This document shows, one piece after another, positions 18,002-27,672 of a DNA stretch of 64,000 nt. The DNA is from an uncultured Leptospiraceae bacterium. GTDB lineage: Bacteria > Spirochaetota > UBA4802 > UB4802. Numbering within the stretch: the stretch's first letter is position 1; every line of letters begins with the position of its first letter. Where the stretch lies: contig CAYFSO010000003.1 in NCBI GenBank assembly GCA_964345775.1, positions 10,859-74,858 on the forward strand. Reading direction: 5' to 3'. The translations under genes and the position numbers were made by a program. The notes under the pieces were generated by a model that did no database searches, had not been told where the DNA came from, and worked only from the letters and a program-made list of their open reading frames with translations.

Positions 18002-19363
18002 CTATAATGAAACTGTGACTTTTTTGGATTCCATCTGGATAATGGGCAGTTGTATACGTTTTGTTCCCATTATCCGGTCAACCTCTTCCTGTGATGCGAT
18101 ACGGTATAACAATCGAACAGAAATGGTTACCTTCCCAGATACGCTTGCCGGCAGAAGTACTCTTTCCACGGCTGTTTCCCCGGGTTTTATCCTTTTATCT
18201 TCAAGGATTTCCCGTGCTTTTGCGATGTTCTCAACGGGTTCGCCCCTGCCGTTGCCGAACACGGTGTGATAAAGTATGGTGTTAGCAGGAAGATATCCTT
18301 TCTCGTCAGTTTTGCCACTTGAATAGAGGATAGTACCTTTCTGGTTTGTAACTATGATCTCCAGCCACATCTGGCGTACATCGGTAAGGCCGGTGGGAAG
18401 CTTGTGTCCGGCACCGTTATTGGTAACACGCACTTTCAGGGTATTGTCTTTTATATTGCTGGTGTCCAGCGACAACTCAGCCGCGTGCTGCAGCCTGTCA
18501 GTGGCCATACCGGCTTTCTCTTCGTCCCCGAATTGAGCTGGAACTACGGAATTCCCTCCCACGAAATAATGGGTGAAAATGTGCTCACGCTCGGGAGCGC
18601 CGAATGCTGCTGTTCCCGGGTTCTTTGGACGCTCTGTTGAACCTGTGGCGGGTACATCCGGACGGTGATACATGTGGCATCCCTGGCAGGGAACATGAGT
18701 TTTGGGATCACCCGTGTTGTACGGGCTTGCCAGCCATTCCTCGTAGGTGGTCTCAAGCTTTGTACCGAACGACACATGGCGAACATCGTGACAGGTGCCG
18801 CAGATCCTTGAATCGGTATGAAATTCGGAGTAAGCCGATTCATGGTAGCTGGATTCCGAGTCCTTGAATGGACCGCGTTTTATTCCCGGATCGGCGCTCC
18901 CATTGCCCGGATCGTACTTGAAGTGGGCGTTGTATGGCTTGCGTGCACCTGTTATCGAGTGGCAGTAATCACACTGGATACCTTCTTTCGCGATCTCGGG
19001 AATTTTTTCGGCCTGTTCCATCTCCTGGGTGACGGTTTTTGGGAAACCGCTGATATACCCCACCGGCACATGGCATTTTACACACATTTCAGCTTCTTTC
19101 AGCTCGTCAGGATCAGGTTTTGCTTCAGCCTTCAGCTGGTTAAGATAATGTCGGGCAAATTCAAGGTATACGGGATCTTTCTGTGCAAGATTGTGCATTG
19201 AGTTCTGCCATTGCTGGTATATGGTTTCGTGACATCCACCGCAGGTTACAGGATCGATAAAACGTGTCAGCTGGTAATGCGGCGTGGTGGCGCAGGTGAT
19301 AAAAATTACCGGAACCAGGAAAATCATGGAACCAATCAGGATGGATATTCGTTTTCGCATCAT
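18002..19363 (-). CDS. secreted pentaheme c-type cytochrome
   Basis: Five CxxCH motifs (CGGCH, CVKCH, CDYCH, CGTCH, CQGCH); signal/anchor at MMRKRISILIGSMIFLV; stop 15 nt from ccmA start. Confidence 0.85.
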   Translation of the reverse strand: MMRKRISILIGSMIFLVPVIFITCATTPHYQLTRFIDPVTCGGCHETIYQQWQNSMHNLAQKDPVYLEFARHYLNQLKAEAKPDPDELKEAEMCVKCHVPVGYISGFPKTVTQEMEQAEKIPEIAKEGIQCDYCHSITGARKPYNAHFKYDPGNGSADPGIKRGPFKDSESSYHESAYSEFHTDSRICGTCHDVRHVSFGTKLETTYEEWLASPYNTGDPKTHVPCQGCHMYHRPDVPATGSTERPKNPGTAAFGAPEREHIFTHYFVGGNSVVPAQFGDEEKAGMATDRLQHAAELSLDTSNIKDNTLKVRVTNNGAGHKLPTGLTDVRQMWLEIIVTNQKGTILYSSGKTDEKGYLPANTILYHTVFGNGRGEPVENIAKAREILEDKRIKPGETAVERVLLPASVSGKVTISVRLLYRIASQEEVDRIMGTKRIQLPIIQMESKKVTVSL

Positions 19364-19491
19364 AGGATCACCCCTGAGCAGGTATGTATTTTTACTACAG
19401 TGAAGCAGGAGAAATGCACCAGTGCAAGCAAAAAAAAGAACAGCCGGCAAGGCTGTTCACACGGGGGAAGAGTTCATAATGGAATTGTATG

Positions 19492-20649
19492 TTATTCTTT
19501 AAGCTGGCTTATATGATGCAATACGCTGCTGGCATATTTTTCAGGATAGCAGACAGGGCCAATATGCTTTCCCGGAAGGATATCCAGGTGAAGACGGGTG
19601 CCATTCGCGGCGGCTCCGGGGTAGAATGTTTGCCAGAATGAATCGGTTGTGCTTTTATCCGGCTTCGGCCTTTTGCTCCTGCCAAGTATATCTTCGGGAT
19701 CAAAGAGGGAATCGTTGGCACTGAAAACCACACTCAGGTGTTGCAGGTGGGGGACGGGGAAATTTCTGTCGTCCCCGTACAGGGTACAGTCCCTGGTGTC
19801 ACGAAAATTGCGAAAAAGCTTTACGAGGGTAAGGTTGCCGTCAAGACAAGATGAACATGACCGGGCGGTATCACCTGTCATGCCTTTTATCACGCCAAAC
19901 CCAGAGTCAAAAACCGCTCCCGCATAGCCCTTGAATGACTCGGTTGATATCCGCATGCTTTCCCAAAGGAAGCTGGCCATAAGGCAGGATGACGCGGTAC
20001 AGGAGCTGTTCCCCCATTCCAGGTAGCCTGCAGGGCTTACTTGTGCAAGGTCGATAACCGAATCCTGGTAATTGCTGGCAAACCTCCTGGCAAGGAGGCT
20101 TCCATGGGACCATCCTATTGCGGATATCCTGGCTGGGATCACCCGCTGGTTTTTCCCTGCAGGGACGTCTTCCATGTTGCCGTTAACCAGCACTTCGGAA
20201 GTTGTAATGGGGCGGAACCCGTCCACCTCTATATGCATGCCATGGAGAATATGGCGTACCATGGTCATGAGCAGCACGTCTTTCCCATTATCTCCACGCC
20301 ATGCGGGATTTTCACCGAATGGTGTATCACATACCGGGATTATGACAACTCCTGATCTCGATTTGAGGGCCAGCTGTGACGAGAAGTTGTAGCCGTCACC
20401 AGGTCTCTGGGCATGACCGTGGAAAAACACGATAACAGACCCATCAAGTTTCCCTTCCCTGAGGTTCCTTGTTTTCTGTCCTGGTGTACGGGCGTCAATG
20501 AGAAGGTAATCGCCTCTTATTGTTTCACTATTGAATGTTAATTTCAGGGAATGTGTATCGGGATCTTCAGGGATACTTCTCTGTGCAGCGAATGCGGTTG
20601 AAAGAAATATCATGGTGAGAATTACTGGTAGTACACGTTTCAGTTTCAT
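19492..20649 (-). CDS. secreted alpha/beta-hydrolase (esterase/lipase-like)
   Basis: Signal peptide; GxSxG nucleophile elbow GWSHG. Confidence 0.6.
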   Translation of the reverse strand: MKLKRVLPVILTMIFLSTAFAAQRSIPEDPDTHSLKLTFNSETIRGDYLLIDARTPGQKTRNLREGKLDGSVIVFFHGHAQRPGDGYNFSSQLALKSRSGVVIIPVCDTPFGENPAWRGDNGKDVLLMTMVRHILHGMHIEVDGFRPITTSEVLVNGNMEDVPAGKNQRVIPARISAIGWSHGSLLARRFASNYQDSVIDLAQVSPAGYLEWGNSSCTASSCLMASFLWESMRISTESFKGYAGAVFDSGFGVIKGMTGDTARSCSSCLDGNLTLVKLFRNFRDTRDCTLYGDDRNFPVPHLQHLSVVFSANDSLFDPEDILGRSKRPKPDKSTTDSFWQTFYPGAAANGTRLHLDILPGKHIGPVCYPEKYASSVLHHISQLKE

Positions 20650-20737
20650 GAATCTCCCCTGCTATAAAATCTGACCGGATGGTTTGTATTTAACCATTGA
20701 ACTTTACCTGTCATTTCTGTCAAGAGAATATTCAAAT

Positions 20738-20770
20738 AAAAAAATCCCCCGGGAAAGAGGGATTTTTTTA
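20738..20770. terminator. bidirectional rho-independent terminator (A-run/ATCCC..GGGAT/T-run)
   Basis: Short GC stem flanked by A7 and T7 tracts. Confidence 0.45.
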
Positions 20771-20797
20771 CCGTTCTTTTCCCAGTCTCTTCCGGAC

Positions 20798-21020
20798 ATG
20801 CACTTGGCAGTGACTGCACTTACGGATGCTGACTACATGGATATCTATCGTGCAATGGGAATTGACAGTGACAATTCAAAAAGGCTGCAAAAACGTGCCC
20901 GTGCAGACGAGGCGTTAAAGGCTGTACGCAGGGATGTCCGTGAGGCAGTGAGATTGTCCATAGATTCAACACCTACACTTTTCATTAACGGTTCCAGGAT
21001 GGTGGGAGTCCCACCGATTA
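20798..21020 (+). pseudogene. C-terminal remnant of a DsbA/BdbD-family thiol:disulfide oxidoreductase (CxxC part missing)
   Basis: Translation ...DVREAVRLSIDSTPTLFINGSRMVGVPP matches DsbA C-terminal GTPTFFINGKxxxGAxP block; no upstream thioredoxin-fold/CxxC in frame. Confidence 0.4.
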
Positions 21021-21036
21021 TATTGTATAGAAAAAT

Positions 21037-22689
21037 TTATTTTTTTCTTTTTACCTCTTCCAGAACCCGCAGTATTTCGGGTAAAAGCTGCTTTTTACGG
21101 GAAAGGACACCCGGGAGATGGTATATGTGCTCATCTATACTGGAATAGCGGAGTTTCTTTTCGCAGGCTGGCATTTCCGTGGAAAGAAGCAGGCTGTCTT
21201 CCTTGACGATGTCGCTTACCATAAGCATGGTCCAGTCAAGCTGATGCTGGCTTTGTATCCTCTCAAGGGCCTGGAATAGCCTGTCCCGTGCATCATCGAG
21301 GTCGGTAAGGGTTACTACCTCCACCTGGCCAATACCAACCCGAAAACCGTATTCCGAGTACTCTTTGAAATCGCCGGAGACCACCTGTTCGGGATCCATG
21401 GTTCTCAGGCTGTCGGTGGATGCGAACATGTCATATCCCAGTTCCTGGTAATCCATGCCGGCAATGGATGCAAGTTCCCTTATGGCAGTTATATCTTCAG
21501 AGGTGGTAGTGGGTGACTTGAGAATGGCGGTGTCTGACAGTATACCTGACATGAGCAGTGCTGCAATATCAGCAGAAATGTCCACATCGTTGAACCTGTA
21601 CAGCTGGTACACCAGGGTGCAAGTGCTGCCTGCCGGTTTGGCATATACGTAAATGGGGGTACGTGTTTTTATGGTTCCAAGGCGATGATGATCAATTATC
21701 TCAACTATCTCGGCGGTATCGGCACCGTCAACAGCCTGTGAAAGTTCGTTATGATCGGTCAGGATCAATTTGCGGGGTTTTCGCTGTATGATATCCGACC
21801 TGGTGATAATTCCCACAAGTCGCTGTTCATCCAGTACCGGCAGGCCCCTGTAATCAACCTGCAGGAGGAGTTCGCGGGCATTGTCCAGGTAATCATTTTC
21901 ACTAACAGATGGTACATCTGTTGTCATGATGGATTTTACGGGTACGCTGAGATTGAGCAGCCGGTGAGTATCAGCAGTATCCAGTTTCGAGATATACACC
22001 CATCCCCTGTAGTTGCTGAAATCAGCCTGTATCTCATCCGTGTTCTTCACGCCGGTAATGACGATGGCAGGGAACTGATTTTCAATGGCATACTCTATTA
22101 TTCTTTTCCGGTTCCCTGCAAGCAGTATGGATTTATCTGGTCTCAGTTTTTTCAGCAGTTCAATTGATCGCTCAAAGTGCATGGCGCCAATGACGATCTC
22201 CGCGTTGAATTCTTCAGAAGCACCTTCACGTAAAAAGTGACCGGGAATAACGGCCGGGAAGTTTCCGGGCCGGATCAGGTGACGGGGCTTCTGAGAGATA
22301 TCCTCTGCGCCCAGCAGCTCGGTGACAGTAAGCTCGTAGAGGCTGACGATCCCCCTGAAAATGTCACCACCATGTATAACGGGAACGATACGTATGCGCA
22401 TTTCTTCGATATAACGTAATACCCTGAAAACAGGTTCATTCTCGTCCACAGAAATTACCCCCGGGGTCATGGCATCCTTTACCCTGGGATACATGTCTTT
22501 TACGAACACCGGTGGTGTAATGTTGAAACGTTGAAAGATGTACCTGGTCTGGCGGTTGAGATTGCCGCAACGCGCGGCAACATATTCATTGGTCTTGTCC
22601 AGCCGGTTCTTGAGCTCCGCGTAACAGTAGGCTGAACTGACCGAATCGGTATCGGGGTTTTTATGCCCCGTAACAATTATGGTATTCAT
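21037..22689 (-). CDS. CBS-domain-containing family II (DHH/DHHA2) inorganic pyrophosphatase
   Basis: N-terminal DHH motif VTGHKNPDTDSVSSA, tandem CBS insert, IDHHRLG and DHHA2 C-terminus; 550 aa. Confidence 0.82.
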   Translation of the reverse strand: MNTIIVTGHKNPDTDSVSSAYCYAELKNRLDKTNEYVAARCGNLNRQTRYIFQRFNITPPVFVKDMYPRVKDAMTPGVISVDENEPVFRVLRYIEEMRIRIVPVIHGGDIFRGIVSLYELTVTELLGAEDISQKPRHLIRPGNFPAVIPGHFLREGASEEFNAEIVIGAMHFERSIELLKKLRPDKSILLAGNRKRIIEYAIENQFPAIVITGVKNTDEIQADFSNYRGWVYISKLDTADTHRLLNLSVPVKSIMTTDVPSVSENDYLDNARELLLQVDYRGLPVLDEQRLVGIITRSDIIQRKPRKLILTDHNELSQAVDGADTAEIVEIIDHHRLGTIKTRTPIYVYAKPAGSTCTLVYQLYRFNDVDISADIAALLMSGILSDTAILKSPTTTSEDITAIRELASIAGMDYQELGYDMFASTDSLRTMDPEQVVSGDFKEYSEYGFRVGIGQVEVVTLTDLDDARDRLFQALERIQSQHQLDWTMLMVSDIVKEDSLLLSTEMPACEKKLRYSSIDEHIYHLPGVLSRKKQLLPEILRVLEEVKRKK

Positions 22690-22703
22690 TTATATTCTCC
22701 AGG

Positions 22704-23606
22704 TCATTCACCCGGGCCTTCAACGATGGCTATGGCGCGGGGATACAGCAATGATATCAAGGCGTATAATTCCCATGCGAACGTAATAAATCCACCATAA
22801 CCCAGTACCGGCATCTCGAAAAGTTTAATGTGACCAAGGATGGGAACGGTATAGTACCATTTTGTATGGGCCCAGAAATTCCAGAATTCCCAGAGATAGC
22901 CGCATACCAGTCCGGCGATGGCAAGACCCAGGATGGAGGTATAATCACCCTTCTGCATTGCCCTGAGCAGCGAGGGGCCTCCCAGGAGATAGTTCATCGG
23001 TTCAAGCAGCATCACCAATCCCGTCCACACGAAAACGGCAGTGTATTCAGCCAGGTAAGTGTTGCGTGCCCACTCAAGCCAGAAAAAGAGGTCAGGGTCG
23101 GCCGCCCTGCCGGTAAAGTACATTGAAAAAGGTATAATCGGGATGGCCAGGAAAAACAGGCCAAGCACAAATAAGGTGACAAGCAGCCCCCTGCTGACCT
23201 TCAGCTGTTTCCAGCTTATTTTCTTCATTATGATCCGTATAACGCCGTAGGTTAAAAGGACCCCCGGGATAATCGTGGCAAATGACCACGCGTATCCCAG
23301 GTAGCGCAGGGAAAGTGGGCTGGTCAGGTTGATATAATGCCAGTTGGAGAGAAAGATATTGAACCATTCAAACATCCACCAGCTGATGATGGAGATAAGG
23401 ACAACGGGAAAAATTGTCCCTGTTGTAAGGTAGGAGTATCCACGGGCACCGCGCAGGATGGCATCGAATGCCAGTATGAGTCCCGTCCACAGTACAGGGG
23501 TTGCCCACCTGGTAAGGGTGTCGACCTGGAATATGAGACAGGTCTGCATGAACACGATAAGCAGTATGCCTGCATATAAATATAAGGGAATTCTTCTCTG
23601 TGCCAT
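22704..23606 (-). CDS. polytopic membrane protein of unknown function
   Basis: About 8 hydrophobic helices; start assumed at MAQRRIP. Confidence 0.5.
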   Translation of the reverse strand: MAQRRIPLYLYAGILLIVFMQTCLIFQVDTLTRWATPVLWTGLILAFDAILRGARGYSYLTTGTIFPVVLISIISWWMFEWFNIFLSNWHYINLTSPLSLRYLGYAWSFATIIPGVLLTYGVIRIIMKKISWKQLKVSRGLLVTLFVLGLFFLAIPIIPFSMYFTGRAADPDLFFWLEWARNTYLAEYTAVFVWTGLVMLLEPMNYLLGGPSLLRAMQKGDYTSILGLAIAGLVCGYLWEFWNFWAHTKWYYTVPILGHIKLFEMPVLGYGGFITFAWELYALISLLYPRAIAIVEGPGE

Positions 23607-23669
23607 ATTGGTTTCCTCCTGGATTATGCTGTAAAATATACCAGGAGAAAGTACAAATTGCAACAGCTA

Positions 23670-24527
23670 TTACTCGCTGATGGCATCGAGGATGGTGCTG
23701 ACCACGTCTGACCTGTTGAGGGTATAGAAATGAAAACCCGGTACGCCCCATTCCTTCAGCTCCCGGCACTGTTCAATAGTGTACCGTATGCCCGCCTCGC
23801 ACATGGCATCCTTCGAATCGCACTGCTGAAGTGCCCCGGTCAGTGCAGCAGGAATTTTTGGGGCACACATCTGTGTTATCTTTTCGATCTGGGAGAAGTT
23901 TGTGACCGGCATTATTCCCGGAACGATGGGTACATGGATACCGGCGGCCATGCTCATGTCAATGAAACGAAAAAAATCCTCGTTATCGAAAAAAAGCTGG
24001 GTAATTATGAATTCAGAACCGGCATCCACCTTCTTCTTCAGGTTCTGTATATCGGTCTCAAGATCCGGGGCTTCTATATGCCCTTCCGGGTAACCGGCAA
24101 CCCCGATGGTAAAACCATCAATCTGGTGTATAAATTCAACCAGCTGGCTGGCATATGAGAACCCGTCAGGATGGGGTGTAAAACCTGTCTCACCCGCGGG
24201 GGGATCTCCCCGAAGGGCCATGATATTATCCAGGCCCAGTTCCTTCACGTGTTCAAGGTATTCCCTGATCTCTTTCCTGCCTGCTCCCACGCAGGTAAAG
24301 TGTACCAGGGGCATCATGTGAAGCTGGTCGCGGATCATCATGGCTATATCCAGTGTCTTTTCGCGGGTAGAGCCGCCTGCCCCGTAGGTCACCGATATGA
24401 ATCCGGGATCATATTTCTTCAGGTCTTCAAGGGCCGATACAAGGTTTTCCATCCCCCCGTCCGTTTTCGGGGGAAAAACCTCGAAGGAAATTACGAATTC
24501 TTTCTGGTATTTCTCTGCAATGTTCAT
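23670..24527 (-). CDS. metF: 5,10-methylenetetrahydrofolate reductase
   Basis: VSFEVFPPKTDGG...SVTYGAGGSTREKTL hallmark N-terminus; 285 aa. Confidence 0.9.
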   Translation of the reverse strand: MNIAEKYQKEFVISFEVFPPKTDGGMENLVSALEDLKKYDPGFISVTYGAGGSTREKTLDIAMMIRDQLHMMPLVHFTCVGAGRKEIREYLEHVKELGLDNIMALRGDPPAGETGFTPHPDGFSYASQLVEFIHQIDGFTIGVAGYPEGHIEAPDLETDIQNLKKKVDAGSEFIITQLFFDNEDFFRFIDMSMAAGIHVPIVPGIMPVTNFSQIEKITQMCAPKIPAALTGALQQCDSKDAMCEAGIRYTIEQCRELKEWGVPGFHFYTLNRSDVVSTILDAISE

Positions 24528-24810
24528 ACGTCACTTTTTCCAGTTAATTATCATGCATATCATTTTCTTAAAAAGCGTCCTTAATTGCAATATAATTTTT
24601 GATACATGTTTTTTGTTTTACAAATAAGAATGATGATAATAATATAGGCCAATGCCCAGCTAAAAAGCATCTATCTACAATTACCCGGTATTTCATATAC
24701 CTGGTACATCAAAAAATTTGCCCTTGCATCCGATTATCAGTATTTTTTTACATTCGCAGTATGGGGATGTAAATGAAGAAAGAAAAAAATATATTCGTGA
24801 TAAGGAGGAT

Positions 24811-25551
24811 GGCATGAGACGCCTGACTACTACTGTAGGAGTTGTTATTGCCGTTATTTTCATAACAGGTATGGTTTTTGCCGAAATACGGGTGGTGACC
24901 GTTAAGGGTGACGCCGCGTACAAGCGAGCCGGGAAATGGTTGAACCTGAAAAAGGGAAAGAGGCTTGCAGAGGGTACACTCATAAGTACGGGGGCCCGCT
25001 CAAGCGCGGTGCTGGCGGTTGACAAGAGTGTTTTACGTGTACGTCAACTTACTACTATGAAGGTGTATGCCCACAAGATAACCAAAAGCGGTTCTGATAC
25101 GCATGTTGGGGTAAAGTACGGTTCAGTAAATGCACGGATCAAGAGGGTAGGCAAATTAAAAACCAGGTTCAAGGTGAGTACACCGGTTGCAACTTCCAGT
25201 GTGCGGGGAACCGAAGAGAATGTCTTTTACGGGGTGCGGACGGGGATGCTGACCCACGCTCCATCCGGAACCCTGTGGGTTGGTAATAATAAAGGTGTCT
25301 TCAGCAGGATTACCGGTAACATGAAATTCAACCTGCCTTCGGGGAAGGGAAGCCCCAACCCGCTGCTGCTATGGCTGCAGAACAAGTCCCAGGTACCCAT
25401 TTTCCCTGATAACCTGACCGATCCGGAGAAAGACTTTTACAGCAATTTCGGAGGGGATCTTGGTTCAGAACCGCAGAACCCGGGACAGGTGCTTGACCAG
25501 CAGCTGAAGGGTATGGCCTCGGTTAACCTTGTGATCGAGTGGGTCAACTGA
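24811..25551 (+). CDS. secreted FecR-domain protein
   Basis: Signal peptide MRRLTTTVGVVIAVIFITGMVFA; FecR-like beta-strand pattern incl. TPVATSSVRGTEENV (GVRGT-type block). Confidence 0.65.
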   Translation, partial: GMRRLTTTVGVVIAVIFITGMVFAEIRVVTVKGDAAYKRAGKWLNLKKGKRLAEGTLISTGARSSAVLAVDKSVLRVRQLTTMKVYAHKITKSGSDTHVGVKYGSVNARIKRVGKLKTRFKVSTPVATSSVRGTEENVFYGVRTGMLTHAPSGTLWVGNNKGVFSRITGNMKFNLPSGKGSPNPLLLWLQNKSQVPIFPDNLTDPEKDFYSNFGGDLGSEPQNPGQVLDQQLKGMASVNLVIEWVN

Positions 25552-25563
25552 AAGGAGGCGGTT

Positions 25564-26022
25564 ATGCGTAAGGCAGCAGTATTACTGGTAATTCTCCTGT
25601 TTCCTGCGGCATTGTTCTCCCAGGGGGCAGGAAACGTGGCGCTCATAAACGAGATTGCCGATAAGCCCGTGGTGAGTAATGGTGATGCGGTTACCATGTT
25701 CGTGCTCATTATAGATGAACGGGACAGGGGATTCGATGCCAACGTATCGAAACTGAAAGAAAAGAATATACTGAAAGATGAGCAGCTGAAAGAGAATGAT
25801 CACATGCGGCAGGGGCAGCTGGCACGCATGATCGCGCGGTATCTTGACCTGAATGATTCTCTCATGTATTTCCTCGTACCTTCAAACAGGTACGCGGTCA
25901 GGGCATGCGTTGCCAACAGGATCATGAGCTACGAAGTTGGCGAATGGGACCCTGTCAGCGGTGGAGAGCTGGTGGAAATAATGTCAAAGGTATCGCTGCT
26001 GGCGGAAGGAGGTGAAGAATGA
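25564..26022 (+). CDS. small secreted protein, unknown function
   Basis: Signal peptide MRKAAVLLVILLFPAALFSQG; 152 aa. Confidence 0.45.
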   Translation: MRKAAVLLVILLFPAALFSQGAGNVALINEIADKPVVSNGDAVTMFVLIIDERDRGFDANVSKLKEKNILKDEQLKENDHMRQGQLARMIARYLDLNDSLMYFLVPSNRYAVRACVANRIMSYEVGEWDPVSGGELVEIMSKVSLLAEGGEE

Positions 26023-27386
26023 AACGATTATTACTGTATACATCCGTGCTGATCGTTCTGACCTTCCCTGCCGGTACCCTTTGGGCGCAGGACGAAGTGG
26101 CAACACCCGGAGAAGAGCTTTTCCCGGCCTACCAGGTTGACGAAGACATGAGGAAACTGGAACCCGCGGTACAACCCTTCATCCCCCAGTATGGAGGATG
26201 GATCACATCAACGGTCCTTGACGAGCGTGTTGATGGAACCACCCTGACCTCGTCCCTCACCCAGGTACGTATATGGTTGCAGATGGCCTTTACTGAAAAC
26301 GTATACATGTACGTGAGGGGAAGGGATATATACCTTGCAGAAATTTACCAGGAGTACAGGGACATCGAGAATGAGAATACCGTTGACCTTGACCTGGGGT
26401 ATATCGGCTTCAAAAATGATGACAGCACCCTGCAGCTGTTTCTCGGAAGAAAGTATTTCCTGGTGGGGACAGGGCTTGTGTTAAATGACAGGGCCGATGG
26501 TGCAGGGGTGAAGCTGTATTCTAATATGGTGAACCTGGAACTGTTCGGCGCGTATACCGGGTTTTTACAGGAGGATTCCAATCCATACAACCTGAGTACG
26601 AAGGATTTCTCAGAGGGTGCAGAACGAATTTTTGCAGGTGGAACACTTTCCAGGAACATCGGCAACCAGCGGCTTTACGTGCTTGGCGTGGCCCAGGTTG
26701 ATATTGGCGACCAGGAGAGTGACAGGAAAAGCCGTTACCAGTCGCAGTATTACGGCCTGGGCCTTAAAGGTGTTATCTCGGACTCTCTTGACTATTATGC
26801 CGAGTGGGTATACGAGATGGGGACAAGCTACACCAGCGCCACAACAGAAAACGTGGAAGCAGATATACAGGCATTTGCCGCGCAGGCGGGATTGCAGTGG
26901 TTTCTCCCGTACCAGTTGAATCCTTCGTTGATCATCCAGTATGCCTTTGGCTCGGGTGATGAAGATAAAACAAATTACAACGATCCACGTGGAAACGTGC
27001 GTGGAAACGACACGGGCTTTCTCGGGTTTGGCACCTATGTAGGAGGGTATGCCCTGAGGCCGCAGCTTGCCAACCTGCACGTGATACGCGGTGGAGGGTC
27101 CTTTACCCCGTTTTCAACCATGCAGCAGTTCTGGCTGCAGCGCCTGTCCCTTACCGCAAAGTACAGCTACTACATGAAACACAGGGCTGCAGGTGTTATC
27201 AACAGCGGTGAGGCATCTGAACCTGAACGGTTCGTGGGACACGGGGGCGACCTGCTTCTCAGGTGGAAAATATTCTATGACTTTTCCATCTTTGCCGGGT
27301 ACGCGGTTTTTCTTCCCGGGGATGCGTACCCTGACAGCGCGGACGAGAGGACATTCGCCATGGGTGGTGTGACCCTTGTGTTCTGA
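26019..27386 (+). CDS. putative outer-membrane beta-barrel protein
   Basis: Signal peptide; alternating amphipathic beta-strand pattern, Gly/aromatic rich; C-terminal ...GVTLVF (terminal Phe); start overlaps previous stop (ATGA). Confidence 0.55.
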   Translation: MKRLLLYTSVLIVLTFPAGTLWAQDEVATPGEELFPAYQVDEDMRKLEPAVQPFIPQYGGWITSTVLDERVDGTTLTSSLTQVRIWLQMAFTENVYMYVRGRDIYLAEIYQEYRDIENENTVDLDLGYIGFKNDDSTLQLFLGRKYFLVGTGLVLNDRADGAGVKLYSNMVNLELFGAYTGFLQEDSNPYNLSTKDFSEGAERIFAGGTLSRNIGNQRLYVLGVAQVDIGDQESDRKSRYQSQYYGLGLKGVISDSLDYYAEWVYEMGTSYTSATTENVEADIQAFAAQAGLQWFLPYQLNPSLIIQYAFGSGDEDKTNYNDPRGNVRGNDTGFLGFGTYVGGYALRPQLANLHVIRGGGSFTPFSTMQQFWLQRLSLTAKYSYYMKHRAAGVINSGEASEPERFVGHGGDLLLRWKIFYDFSIFAGYAVFLPGDAYPDSADERTFAMGGVTLVF

Positions 27387-27402
27387 ATAACCTGTGATGA
27401 CG

Positions 27403-27432
27403 CGGCACCTGCCCTCACGGCAGGTGCCGTTA
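27403..27432 (+). terminator. rho-independent-type hairpin after beta-barrel gene
   Basis: Perfect 11 bp stem CGGCACCTGCC/GGCAGGTGCCG, 5 nt loop, followed by TTAATTAT. Confidence 0.55.
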
Positions 27433-27672
27433 ATTATAGATCTATTCTTTTTGATACAGTTGACAAAGAATCCATCCCGGTTTTGACAGTTACCTATAAA
27501 TTTCTTGACACTTGCAACATTATATGAAATCATTTTTTATGATGGTAAGAGGTTTGCTTGATTTTATATTAAATTTCTTTACTTTACTGTCCGAGTATTA
27601 TAGAAGGATATGATATCATAATTTAATTAACGGATTATTCTGTCAGTAAAATAACTGTAAAAGGAGTCGACA

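Noticed and set aside
20684-21148. 154-aa ORF treated as an intact gene
   Set aside because: Only residues ~39-112 resemble a DsbA C-terminus. The N-terminus is non-protein-like and the 3' end overlaps the convergent pyrophosphatase gene. Reported instead as a gene remnant.
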